Below, piece after piece: positions 49,725 through 63,075 of a DNA stretch of 64,000 nucleotides. Position 1 is the first letter of the stretch, and each line of letters starts with the position of its first letter. Source of the stretch: Lama guanicoe (lineage: Eukaryota); NCBI GenBank assembly GCA_013239625.1, contig MU053652.1, forward strand, positions 620,001-684,000, written 5' to 3'. The position numbers were made by a program, and so were the translations under genes. Below the pieces are notes generated by a model. The model was not told where the DNA came from. It ran no database searches and saw only the letters and a list, made by a program, of their open reading frames with translations.

Positions 49725-50218
49725 TGTCAAGAACATGAAGGGTCTGAGTTTTTATCCTACTTACGAGCTAACAAATCAGTAAGCCACAGTTTAAAGGATG
49801 CTGGCAGAAGGAAAAAGCCCCCTGGGTCAGAGACCAACACTTCATTACATTCAGCAATAGTAGTAGCCAGAGTATCACCACTTCCTTGCGCAGGTTCCTT
49901 GAGGCTCAATTCCCGTGGAGCCAGGTGATACATGTCAGTGCAGGACACAGTGGGTTACAGGACAAGAAGGGAATCCTGAGCTCAATGGGCTGCAAGCAAA
50001 TCTGCCCAATCTTTGCACCGTGGAGGGAGCTGTTATTTTTAGGATACTGGACAGTAAACAAACCTGCCCTTTCCTCCAAAGGGGAGACAATACTTCTTCC
50101 AAAGCTGTTCACTGAATAATCATCTTTGAGAAGAGAGTCCTCAGTAAAAGGGTGTCATGCTTTTCTGTTCACAAGACATCAAGAAACACAAGAAGCCCAC
50201 AGTAATTGTTTCCCAACA
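49725..50218 (-). mobile_element. ERVL-class solo LTR, LTR40-like
   Basis: Reverse complement begins TGTTGGGAAACAATT and ends ...GTAGGATAAAAACTCAGACCCTTCATGTTCTTGACA. Confidence 0.65.
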
Positions 50219-53200
50219 AACATTTTTTCACCGTGCACACCTGCCCAGTGATTACATGTGAAAGAGGCATCCAATCCCCTAAGAGTTCAGCAAAAAGACC
50301 TAGTGCTTTTGGTTGACTACCAAGGTTCAAAACTTGCTTCCTCTTACACTCAGAATCATATTCTGTCTGCTTTTAGCTTTCTCTAAATCTTACAACAGGC
50401 TACATCTAACGTGATAAAATCCGGTCTCTGACATAGTAACAAAATTAGGAACAGGAATGAGACCTCTTCACTTTCAAACATACCATTTTTTTTCCATACA
50501 CCACATTGCTTCTGTATTAAAAAAGATTCTCTGTTTTATTAATGGCTCCAATTATTAGTTTTGATTCCTGGCTCTTTCCCTAAGGATACTATATGAACCC
50601 CAAATAGGTAACACTCAGCAAGTACGCCTGATGATGTTTCAAAGTATTTTTCTTTATAATAAGCTCTTAAGAATATGGAAAAGAGTAAACTGTGAGGTGA
50701 TGCCACTGCTGATAAATGTGCAAAATATGGTTGTTTTTCTTAACCTTAATGAAAAAATGGAAATGAAGTTCCACATTTTCCCATCTCAACCCCAAACCAA
50801 GGCCAGTCCATTAACTTAGTGACAAGAAGAATGAGGTCTCTGAATTTCAAGTTCTCCATTTTCCCTTAATTGGATCAGGATAGTAAATGCAAGGACACAT
50901 CTACCAGAGGCAAAAGGAACAGAGCAAAACGCCAATCTCAACATCAAACACCACTTAGCTGCATGTTTACTTAGGAAAATTGAAGGGTCCTATTTAATGC
51001 TAAGAAGTTCTATTTTAAACTCAAATTCTTTCTTCTTAAAATCATCAGAAAAATGTAAGCCCTGACCAACACTGCTTGCTTTGAATGGCAGTCAAGTCAA
51101 CCTCAAGTTATCTGTCCCCTTGCTGGAATATTCATTTTCCACATCTCCAGGAGTCTACAATTCTGTTTATCTACAATGGAAACATTACTGTTTGGTCAAC
51201 ACGCCGGCTGAGCTGCCATTAGGATCATCAGCAAGGTAAGGAAAATACTTTTTTCACTCAAAAGTCACTCTTCTCCGATATTTGAATAGAAAACAACTGA
51301 GGTAAGAGTGCAAAATTTACTACAGTGCCAGAAATTTCTGGTTTTACAACTTGAAATATCCCCAAAAGGAAATATTTCTTTTTGTTTAATGTGAATGAGG
51401 AAATAAAATATCTCCAAAATCAGATGCTAAGGTGGGCTGGTTTGTGTGTCACTGTTTCCCTGTGAAAGAGGCTGTTTCCTTCTGGGTGACTGTGCCTTGA
51501 AGTCCCACTGTTAGAATGGCTCACGGGCAATACTCAGGACACAAGCATTTGCATTAGCTGCATATTCAGCAGACTTAATTATTAAAATTCTAAGGTATTT
51601 TTATTATATTTGAACCTATTATTTATCAGCAAAGTAGGTGTTATAAACATTTTTACAGATAAGGAAACTAAGACTCAGAGATCTTAAGGGAATGACCCAA
51701 GGTCCAGGAAAATAATCCTTTTTTTGGTGATGGACTCTCAAAAATCCCACAATTAACCCTATTTCAGAGGCAGAGTCACTTATTCAGGAAACAAAGACCA
51801 TTCAAGGCACTGAGTGAGGAACTGGGGATACAGTGTGAACAACAGAGGTGCAGTCCTTGCCCCAAGTGGCCTATGGTCCATGGTCCAGGGGTGATGATGG
51901 TGGAAGACACATCAGACAATCACGCACATCAGTCACATTCCAGCACGGTAAAAGCCAGTAATTCTGAATGCCTTTGCAACCCATTATTTCATTCATTCAT
52001 TTATCCATCATTTCTTGGTGAGTTTCTATCAAGTACTACACCTGGCAGAGTTGGAAATTGAACACTAAGACACTGCAAACGTTTACAAATCTCTGGCTTA
52101 CTACATTAAAAATAATTATTTCTTGAAAACAGGAGAGCATTGTTTGTATCAATTCAATTCAGTGAGAACTCACTGAAATCCACTTCAAAGAAATGCCTTT
52201 TATATATAGTGTTTTATGTTTTTATATGTTACTACGTCCTATTAAAAATAATTTCAATTACTTTTAAGCCCTTTGTTTTTACAATGCTGAGCTTCAAACT
52301 GTGCACACAAAAAAACACGGCAGCAGATGGACACAGGTCTCAAGGCACGTTGCAACTAAGACTGCAACCAACCGGAGGAAGGCTGACTGCAAACCAAATG
52401 GAAGTCAAAGTTCAAACAACTCAAATCTACAGCTTCCTGGAAAATAAATTACTTCTAGCCTAAAAGGTCTTCCAGCTTTCAGTTTCTTTCCCTTTTAATA
52501 TACCTGGAATGCCTACCACCACATTATTTTTCTGAAAAATTCTCTACATGTCATGGTTTGACAAGAAAATCTCCAATGGCTGCAAACTGACTGGAGGATG
52601 GCTCTTTAGTCTAGCATTAAGGGCTCTCTACAAATCCAGTCCTTCCCCTGACAAAACTGGTCCACCCACTGTCCCCGGAACACGCCTGCTCCCACACAAC
52701 AGCTCTCACTGTTCCCATTCTCAGAGGGTCGTTGTCCTTTTCAGCTGATGTTTACTGAACATTTACTATGTGCTAAATGAAACATGAATTATTATTATCC
52801 TGATTTCACATTTTAGAATATTGAGGCTCAAGAGAGGTTAAGGACCTGAGGTCACCTAGCCTAGTCAGTAGGCAAGTGGGGATTTGAATTGAGGTCTCTA
52901 CTTCTGGGGTGCAGACTCTCAACCACTGAACTGCAATAAGCAGGATTATCTGGTGGTGACCCCAGAGCTCACTCAGTGTTGCCTGCACAATGAACTAGCT
53001 GGGCCAGGTGAACATCTTTTTCCCAGCAGAAAGGACTGTACTTTAGATCAGTTATCCACAGCACTGGTAGCTTCCCTCCTCAGAAGAGGAAACCAAAACT
53101 TCCTGGGGGTCTGAAAGCACTGAGCCCAGCAGGTGATGACATTCTTAGACAACTCCTGTAGGCAGATGGGACATCAAATTGAACTGCTTGGTCCTAAGCA

Positions 53201-53652
53201 GCCTAATTATTCTTCCAATGACAAGGATGCTTTCTCATCCTTATATTTGATAAGGCAGAGTAACAAGGGAACTCAAACCCACACTGTAGGCTCGCAAAGT
53301 CCCAACCCAGTACACCTCTGTGGGAAGACGGGAGAACAGGGGCAGCTGTGTCTTTTCTCCTCCTGACTTGGTCGTGTAAGTTCTCCATCCCCCTAGTAAA
53401 ACCTATTCCTTAACCCACACTGGGTGAGGTTGTGTCATCAGTCTTGAACCCTGAGACATGATGAATGAAGATCTAGATGGAAACTACTAGACACAACCAC
53501 CACCTACGGTGCTTTTTGGCATAAATCTTATCCACGCTTTCAAAGTTGCGCTAAAGTCTCATTTCTTCTGCGAAGAAGTTCCTGATTCTCCTCCAAGGAT
53601 CCTAGAGCAAAGGTTATCCTTTGTTATCCGCACAAAGCACACCTTTGAGATA

Positions 53653-53708
53653 TAGGTAGATAGGTAGGTAGGTAGATGGATGGATAGATGGATGGATAGA
53701 TAGATAGA
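53653..53708. repeat. Compound (TAGG)/(TGGA)/(TAGA) tetranucleotide repeat
   Basis: Directly visible. Confidence 0.9.
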
Positions 53709-53764
53709 AAGAAAATAATTCAAAATAATACATATATTTAGTTATGGCTTCTTTTCCACAAACA

Positions 53765-54253
53765 CAGGCATATCTCAGAGAAACTACAGGTTCAGTTCCA
53801 GACCACCACAATAAAGCAAGTTTCACAATAAAGCAAGTCCCATGAATTTTTTGGTTTTCCAGTGCACATAAAAGTTATGTTTACGCTATACTGTAGTCTA
53901 TTAAGCATGCAACAGCATTATGTCTAAACACACAAGGTACATACCTTAATTTAAAAATATCTTATTGCTAAAAAAATATCAAGCATCACCTGAGCCTTCC
54001 ACTAGCTGTAATCTTTTTTTGCAACAGTAACAGCGAAGATCACTGATCACACACCACCACAATGAACTAATAAATAATGAAAAAGTCTGAAGTATTGTGA
54101 GAATTACCAAAATGAGACACAGAGACACGAAGTGAGCAAGTGTCAGGAAAATGGTGCCAAGAGACTTGTTTGATGCCAGGTTTGCCAAAAACCTTCAATT
54201 TGTTAAAAAAAAAAAACAGTATCTGTGAAACATAATAAAATAAGGTTTGCCCA
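53765..54253. mobile_element. Internally deleted Tigger1 (Tigger1a-type non-autonomous TcMar element)
   Basis: Left TIR 'caggcatatctc', 'ttcagttccagaccaccacaataaagc', degenerate right TIR 'taaggtttgccca' followed by TA. Confidence 0.88.
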
Positions 54254-55315
54254 TATGCATTTAGATTCCAATGAAACTGTAAGCTCCTCAAAGGTAGGAG
54301 AGGAGTCCTATTGTATGCTGAGTACCTTCAACAGGCCTGGTGGCAATTCTATATGCAACAGGTATTTAATGCATGTTTGCTGATTTTGTGTCTGTGTGTA
54401 AATACATTTTGTTCTCAGAAGGTCACATTTCATTAACTCATTAGATATATATGAGCACCTACTAAAGCACTATGTTGGGCACTAGGTTTACAAAGATACT
54501 GTTCTGGCATAAGGAACACATAATCTAGTAGAAAGAAGGATTTATAAATGATGGATGATGAAATTATACAAAACCAAGGGGTGAAGTGGGGGGCAGATTG
54601 TGGAGAGCATCACAGAAGGGGTTGGGAGGGGTGCAAATGCAGAACACTGACATTTTAGTAGAGTTTTGATGATGAATAAACCAGAGTAAAAAGGAACAAG
54701 CTTCTGCCACCGAATGAGAGAAATACATGAACTCTTCAGTTATTAAATGAATAATACTAATTTAAAAGGAGATGATTCCTATCATTTGTAAAATTAAAAA
54801 GCTCACCTAATGTTCAAAAGTTCTTTCACCAGTCGTTAACCTTGAACTGCACAAAGAAGAGCAACCTAAACTGACTTCACTCTTTGGCAGTAGTCACTTG
54901 AAAGACTAAGAAAGAGCAGTGAAATGTTCAGAAGTTCTAATAAGTTATCGTTGTCTGGAGTTCTTCTTCTTTTTGTTTTCTAAGAGCTAAAGCTGAACCT
55001 ACAGAAAATATCAAGTGGAATTACCAACAAGATTTTTGAAAAAACCATTAAGTGAACGAGAAAACAATTTGTTTATATCTGAGTCTAAGGAACACAGAGC
55101 TGGTGTGAATTACTGGCAACTGAAGAAATATACTTCTAAAGATTTTCTAAAACTAATGTAAAAGAAACTCTTTAATTATAAAAATACTCTAGAACAAAGC
55201 CATAGTTGGGAGGGGGGGTTCATTTTTACATTTCATGAGACGAGACCAGATCTATATTAATAACCATTTTAATTCTTCACGTCAAACAGGCAAGGCCAGA
55301 TGTGAAAAGTGCATA

Positions 55316-55679
55316 CAGCTGTCCCCAGTATCCATCCCTTGGATACTTGACTCAGATACAAAATCCACAGATGCTCAGTTCCTTATATAAAATGGCATAG
55401 TATTTGTATGTATACTATGCACACTGTCCCGTATAGTTTAAATCATTTCTAGATTACTTACAATACAATGTAAATACTATGTGAATAATTGTAAATACAA
55501 TGTAAATACTATGTAAATAGTCATAAATACAATGTAAATGATACGCAAATAGTTGCCAAGTATGGTAAATTCAAGTTTTGCTTTTGGAACTTTCTGGAAA
55601 TTTTTTTTTCCTGAATATTTTCAATCCATGGTTGGTTGAATCCATGGATCTGGAACCCATGTTTATGGAGGACTGATTG
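55316..55679. mobile_element. MER2/MER2B-like Tigger MITE
   Basis: TA|cagctgtcccc...'aaaatccacagatgctcagttccttatataaaatggcatagtatttg'...'ccatggttggttgaatccatggat'. Confidence 0.85.
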
Positions 55680-58600
55680 GACTTACTCTGCTCACATATG
55701 AGTCTCCCATACACAAGCATTTCAAGTTCTGTAACTAGCCCCTGCAATTGTTCAATTTGCTTTTTCCACCATATTGAAAGTCCTTTGATGGTAGAGTCCC
55801 ACATCAACTTTTTCATGGCTCTGTGCCCAGCGTTCCGCAGTGCTCTGCACATACTTAGTATTCAATAAATATTTGCTGAATGAATCACTAAATGAATAGA
55901 ATACATCTAGAAAGAGAGTATTTAACAAGTAACATGCTAGAACGAACTTCTCCCAAGGGGAGCAGAGTAACAGAGTCTTTGAGAACTTGCTTGGAGTATT
56001 TTTAAGCAGGAAAAAAATTCTTGACTGGGATACAGTCTGCTTTCAGCCTAACTCAAGGCAAAGCTAACTGCTGCAATGATTCTGTGTCGTTTATAAATAG
56101 TTCTCCCCATTTGATCAGGAATAGAGTGACTATTAAACAGTATCTTTTCTATGAAGAAATATGCTTTCAGGATTAAGAATTAGAGTAAACTGTCCAGTTT
56201 CATGTGTTGATACTCCAAATACCCATTTCTCCCCAAGTTCAATAATTAAGGGCACCAACACCCTAGCACGCTCCCTTTTCATCCCCTCCTCACTCTTTCT
56301 GTCTCCAAATGCCCCGAATAGGGAAGAGAAAACAAGCAGGCAATGTCTGGTGAAACAACGTACAGAACGCAGCAAAGGTAAGAAGGGGTCATCTTCAAAT
56401 TCACCAAAGTTAATTAGGACAGAACGTCCCTAAGAAGAAGCTTAGGAATTAAGAGAAAAATATAAAAGAAGAGCATAGAATAAGGCCAAAAATCTATAAT
56501 ATTTGCTCAAAACATAGGGGCCTTTATGTTTAAGACTCTGAATTACACTAACTTTTAACTTTCAGTTTTTAACCTGGGATCTCCTGTTTGTTGAATTCCC
56601 AGTATTACTACCTTCCCTCCAAAAAGAAATCATTAGAAGACATTATTGATTTTAATGACTACTTCAGGATCAGAAGGGAAATGGTTAGACCCATGTTTGT
56701 CGTCTCAGGTGAAGACAGACCATTTCCAAATGGTCTTTCTGTGATGGCAGCAAAAAAATGAGAGGATAATGAGACCTCTGAAGTCCCAAGTAACTGTTTT
56801 GTCACCCCAAAGTCTCAAACACATACATTACCCCTGGTTGTTATTCTCTGCCTTCTACCTTCACTCTAGCTATACAACCCCGCAAGAAACTGTTGCTCTT
56901 TTGTGAAGACCACGATCAGTTTTGGGCAAAACAGAAGATAAAAATGGAGGAAAAAATGAATAGAATCAGAAAATTTATACAAGAAAATCTGAACATCAAT
57001 AGAACCTCCACCATTATTTGGAAGAGAAACAATGAGGCTTAGAAATGAGGTGACTTTCTCAAGATCCTAGAGTGACAGAGTAGAGGCTGAAGTCCAGAGT
57101 CATTTATTCCTTTCTGGTCCAGAATTATTTTAATTTTATTAAGAAAATGATTATGACATGAAAGGGAAAGAGAGCTCGAGTTGAGCTCCAAAGCTGAGGA
57201 CTGTAATCCTGGCCAAGCCTCAGGCAAGTCACTTCCCCACTAGATCCTTCATTTCCACTCTGGTAAAATGGGGATGATGTTCACAAACTGACAGAACTGT
57301 TTTCTCAAGTAACACCCTGTGTTTGAGTGTATAGTACAGACACCATGGAACATAAACATCCAAGGAGATTAGCCGTCACTGTGCTTTCAGTAGCAACGGA
57401 ATGACACAGCAGGACAATCAATAATCTATTTTCTCACAGGACGGGAAGTCTAAAGGTGGGAGGGTGCCAGGAATGGGGAGATCAAGGCTCCTGCACCAAT
57501 TGTCTGTGACTCTCTTGGCTCTTCACTGCTCCACAGCCAGCTTGTCCTTAGGTTATCGTCCCTTAAAATTGCAAAAAGAGAAAAAAGCACCTCTCCTTGC
57601 TGTGGATAAAAATCCTTCCTTTCAGTCCAATTAGGCCTGAAAATAATTTGGATTTTATCTTCTGTTTGCTAGCTGAGCTCTCTTAAGAGCACCTAAAAAA
57701 GCAGTATTAGAAGTATTCAAGGGCCATTACAATGGCCCTGACTGTAGGCATGTACACTCCAGGTTGACAATCTGTGTTCCTCAAAACGTAGGGGGTCTAT
57801 CAGTATCTGGCTGAGTCTACTTTCCCTATAAACATCCACGAATTGCTTAATACCTTGTACTTTTAGGAGACACTCAAAAGTGATCGTGTGTACCTTATCA
57901 GTGGGTTTCAGTTTGTGCATCGTTCTACAAAAAATATCCATGAAACCCTTTGCTTTGAGTTTCACTAAATCCATTTCTCTCTCATTTCAGTCTGAGCATT
58001 GCAATCCAGCTCTACAGGTAGCAAATTGAAATGTTTAGTGGCCCATTGCAGACAGATTGAATCTGAAAAGAATACAGCAATAAGAAAGAAGCAGGGCATC
58101 AATATCATATAGTAAAGCGTTCCCAACGACAGTGATGATGTAGGTGAATGATTGAGCATTTGTTAAACGTCTACCATTGTAAAAATAACCTATTATTTTC
58201 CTGGTTGTGCACTGAAATGCCTCAATCACCGACAGAACAAGTCAGTAAAAAAATGATACAGTTTATTTTCTATCACTGTTGTTCTATGGGGACAGTGTAG
58301 CGTATTATACTCCCACCCTTTGAACTCTGCTTTACCAACAGTGTGCTTAATTTATCCCTCTCCTTCCTTCATTTGTAACATGTTTGATATCCTGGTGGTG
58401 ATGGTTTTTCCATTTTTTAAAAAATTGTCCTGGTTGTTAAAATTCAGCCTGATATAGTTTAATTTTAAGCTTAACATGACATGGTTGTCTGATTCAGGAT
58501 TACTTACAAAAAAGAAAAAGAATGTGGCAGTCGTGTCAAAGTAAAACAAAGGAAAAAGTAATTAAGTAGCAGCTGCCGTGGAATACAGTTCTTTGTCTCT

Positions 58601-58906
58601 CTGACTGACTGCACAATAAAAATAGTTGAGGTTACAGGATAGGTCTCACACAGGAGCATTTTGTATCTGCACCTACCAATTTAGATCCCAACTCGTTTCC
58701 GTATCTCAATCATCTCACCACTGAGTGTAATCCCCATGTACATCATAAGCCACAGCAGCCGCACTGACCCAGGGCTGTCAGCAACAGAGAAGACGCAGGG
58801 AGGTGCCTAAAAGATCAGGTGTCGGGATTAAGCATCTCCCCAAGGTCGACCCCAACCTGCGGGGTGAGCCCCACCATCACTGATGCTGTTTCTGCTGTTT
58901 CCCAAG

Positions 58907-59273
58907 TGCCACGGACTAAATGCTGTCTCCCCCCAATATTTGTATGTTGAAGTCCTGGTAATCCCTGATGTGATGTTACTTGGAGGTGGGAACTTTAGGA
59001 GGTGATTAGGTCACACAGGTGGAGCCTTCAGGAACTGGGACTAATGTCCTTACAAGAGTCATGAGAGAGATGATCTCTCACTTGGCCATGCAAACATACA
59101 GCAAGAAGGCGGCTGCCTGCAAATCATGAAAGGGGCCCTTGCCAGACACTGACTGATCTGCTGGCACCTTGATCTTGCATTTCCAGCTTCCAAAGCTGTG
59201 AGAAATAAATTTCTGTTGTTTAAGTCACCCAGTCAATGGTATTTTTGTTCAGCAGCCTGAACTGACTAAGACA
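58907..59273 (+). mobile_element. MaLR solo LTR, MLT1A-type
   Basis: TG...CA, 'ctggcaccttgatcttgcatttccagcttccaaagctgtgagaaataaatttctgttgtttaag', 'actaagaca'; TSD ccaag/ccaaa. Confidence 0.9.
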
Positions 59274-59499
59274 CCAAAAATTCTGTCCTGGATGCCTGAT
59301 TCCTACTGCACTCAATGTTTCATTAAATTCACAAATTCTATTATGGATGATCTAAATTTCTCTACATTCATAGGCAACATACTAAGACTCTGAAAGTAAA
59401 TGCTCTTATTCATCTGCCATTTGATGCTAAGAGGATAATGGTGACCAATTTAAATATGGCATGACAATATGTCTGTAATAATAACAATAACATCAACAG

Positions 59500-59735
59500 T
59501 CATACTATCAGTCCATTTAATGCACAGAGCGTTTACCATGGGCCAGGTACTCGTCTAAGTGCTTTACCCACAAAACTCCTATCAAGTGGATTCTACTGCT
59601 ATCCCCATTTTACAAATAAGGAAATTGAGTCAATGAGAGATTAAGTCACCTGTCCAAGCTCTTACAGCTAAGTAGAGATTGGCACCAAGGGAATTTGGCT
59701 ACAGTACCAGACATTCTTCACCACTATATTAAACT
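59500..59735 (-). mobile_element. MIR SINE
   Basis: 'gagcgtttaccatgggccaggtac...atccccattttacaaataaggaaattgag'. Confidence 0.75.
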
Positions 59736-61842
59736 CTCATGCCTCCCTAAAAATGAAATACAAAGCATTTATGATAGTGATGATTCCATCACAGGAAATC
59801 TTAAAAACAATGCTAAACTCACATAAGGAATTAGGTATAATAATCCCCCAGCTACTTGTCTGAGGTTTGGCCAAACACATACTAAACAGGATTACGCCTC
59901 CTTCCACTGGGCCAAACAAGGTGTTTTTACAACATGGTAGATAACAACTCTAACCTGCTCGGGCAGAGCCAGATGACAGGCCACTGCTGATAATCACTTT
60001 ACAGAACTTTTCCCTGTAGCTGGTCAGTAACGTGTGGAACTGTCTTCCCCTCCACCTTTTTATCTGTTTTCCCCCCTCTGGATGTCATCTCCTGAATGCT
60101 ATTTCTTCACCAAATCTCTATATCTCTGTAACACCCCCACCAACGTCAACCTTGGCAGACACTGCCTGATTATAACTGGCTGTCCTTTGCTATTCCACGG
60201 AGTGCACTACTAAAGAGGCAACTGCTTATCAGAACCACCATTCTGAAGAGAGTTCCCATTAAGAACCTTCCTGTTGTTATTGAGGGGAAGCTGTCATTTG
60301 TGCTACCAGGTCAGACTAAACACTGGATGTAATTTCTTTTGAAGATGTAATCAAGCCCAACACTACAAAATGACTTCTCTGAAAAAAAGCAACTGAAGAT
60401 GACCAAATTCTCAGGGTCCAATGTTACTAAATGCTGATATTTGGTAAGATATTCTTATAAAGAGAGTGACCACGGGAGATGGTACAGTAATGGAGCCACA
60501 GGGTGAAGGGGTCAGAGAAAGCAAGGTTTAATTACTGTAACAACTGTTGCTTACTGGCTGTACAGTCTTCAGCAACTTAGACTCAGTATCTTCATCACCA
60601 GATTGAAAATAATGGTAATGTCACAGGTTGCCACGGGACCACTGAGAGAATAAATAAAGTACCCAGCCAGTGTATTGCCCATAATAAAACAGAAACTTCT
60701 CCCCCATTAGCATTTAAACTTCATGATGGTAGAAATTTTTCTCTGTTCTCCAGAACATAATAAATGCTCAATAAACATTTAAGGAATAATAAACAAGCAT
60801 ACTGATTGCCCTTTTCCCTTTTAACAATGTTGATTCATAGCAATTCCTTTTTTTCAGTGATGTACAAAGAAATGTTTTTATTAGTTCTAGGTAAGTTACT
60901 GAATATAATCAGTATGTCCCTACCAAGCCATTCAAAATGTTTGTTCTCTTCCCAAATTTAGTATTGAAAGCTAGAGTTTGTGATGATAAACATCTCAAAC
61001 CCTTCATTCATTTTGGTTTGCTAAGTCACTTAGGAAGAATTCCTTTTCCCTATATTGACCACAGTCTGCTTTTTTGCCTTCTTCTTATAATTCTTGTAAA
61101 TCAGGAGATTCACCTGCATTGTAATCAAAGAACTAAATTAATGAATCTCCAGTGAGAAGTGGGATTTGTCTTAGCTGACAGCTGTGTGGTCCTGCCCCAA
61201 AACTTCTCTGAGTCTGAAGGTTTTCACTAGGTTCTATTTTAAGGATTTCAAAAAAGCACTTTATAACATGAACTATAAAGCACTATGTAAGTTTCAGGTA
61301 TCATTTCTATTATTCCATCATCTAAGTTAACTGCCCATTGTCACTTAAGATAATCAGAATTTCAGGTCCTCAAATCTGTTAGAAACAAAAATGATAGCAA
61401 GTATTTTTCAAAAGAATTTGAGAGTTGAGGAAAAAAACTAAGCAGATTTCTATAATCTACTCTAAACTAAGAAAATGTTAATCATCTAATTAATTGGTAT
61501 TTCATCGTCAACTTTATTTTTCTTTGTTTCTATTTACAATGGCTTTTTTCTTTTTCTTTTTTCCCCCCTTTGGTCATTTTCTTAACTAGTCACTGATTTA
61601 AGTTGAATTCTGTAACTTTACTAATAAAAGCTTCAATGCACATCCTTCAAAGCACCTAACAATTAGTTACGTGCTAAAACAAATCTCTTGGCTTCGATTT
61701 TATACTGTTTTTTTAATTGTTTTTTTAAAGAAAGAAGAGGCAGGGAATGGCCACTGAATATGTACACACACAAAATATTGTTAAGAACTCCGATCTGCCA
61801 GGAATGGAGACAGTGAAAGCCTGAGATAGGAAAGCAATTTCC

Positions 61843-62210
61843 TAGCAATGGACTGAATGTTTGTGTCCCCCATCTTGAAATTCATCTGTGAAACCTTAAG
61901 CCCAAGCGTGATGGTACTTGGAAGTGGGACCTTTGGGAGGTAATTAGGTTTAGAGAACATTTAGATGAAGTCATAGAGGTGGAGCCCCCACGATGGGATT
62001 AGCATCCTTATAAGAAAAGGAAGAGCCATCAGAACTTCTCTTCACAAGGTGAAGACACAGCAAAAAGAGAAGCCAAATCTCTAAGCCAGGAAGAGGGAAC
62101 TCACCAGAACCCAACTAAGCTGTCACCCTCACCTTGGACTTTCAGTCTCCAGACCTGTGAGAAAGCCACTCAGTGGACGGTATTTTGTTATGGAGGTCCC
62201 AGCTAAGACA
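61843..62210 (+). mobile_element. MaLR solo LTR, MLT1A-type
   Basis: 'atggactgaatgtttgtgtccccc...gggacctttgggaggtaattaggtttag...agctaagaca'. Confidence 0.88.
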
Positions 62211-62729
62211 CCCCCTTCATACTCTGTCTCTATATTCAGATTAATTGGGCCTGAGAGTCTGCAGGTGCAAACCAGTCTGAGAAGCAAATTACCCACACAA
62301 CTCTGCACCCACCCAGAGAAGGCAAGTCCCAGCCCTCCACACTAGGGGTGTTCATGGAAGCTTCCCAGCTCTGCAGGCCTCCTGCCCCTGGGAGACAAGA
62401 AGGCTTTTCCTCCCCCGAGAAGGAGTCAGCAAGGACTGGAAATTTCTGTGGTTCTTACCCCTATTTTGAATTTGAAAAATGTAGCTTCTGTCGACAAAGA
62501 AAGAAAAATAATATAGGCAGCTCTTTTGGCAGATTTTCCTTGTGTCCACATATTTCGGTAGCCGTCTTTCTTCCTACCTTGTGTCTCTTTTTAACTTCCT
62601 ACAGTAAAGAAGCAGTGATTACTGGAGACCCTATTAAACAACCTATGATTTCACCCTAACTTCAATATATTCCCCACCTTCATCCTCTCTGCAGCTCATA
62701 CTGGGTGGACACTCTGGCAAGCTCCAACT

Positions 62730-63075
62730 CGGAGCTGTCCAGCATGCTAGCCACAAGCCACACCTGGTTATTAAGCACTTCAAACGTGGCCAGTCCAATC
62801 TGAGGTGTGCTTTAAGTACAAAGTACACAATTCTAAGATTTAGTATGAAAAGAAGAATGTAAAATACCCTATTAGTAATGTTTCCGTGGTTAAAGGTTGA
62901 AATATTTTGGAGGTATTGGGTGAAATAACAGATAATACTAAAACTTCTGTTTCTTTATACTTTTATTACTAAAACTTATCTCTGTTTCTTTATACTTCTA
63001 AAAATATGGTACATATTCTATTTCTACTGGAAATAAATTACAGTTGTGGCTCATATTTCTTCTGGAGAGTACTGA
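62730..63075. mobile_element. MER33-like hAT-Charlie MITE
   Basis: 'gctgtccagcatgctagccacaagccacacctggttattaagcacttcaaacgtggccagt'; local duplication of tactaaaact..tctgtttctttatactt (62936-62962 and 62967-62997). Confidence 0.7.

Noticed and set aside
55462..55555. Regularly spaced 32-bp repeats considered as a CRISPR-like array
   Set aside because: Units are contiguous with no unique spacers, and sit inside a eukaryotic DNA transposon
57720..57739. Inverted repeat AGGGCCATT-AC-AATGGCCCT; also AAATACTGCAGTATTT (5021-5036) and ACCCTGGT-AA-ACCAGGGT (about 31311)
   Set aside because: Arms of 8-9 bp are expected by chance about once or more per 64 kb
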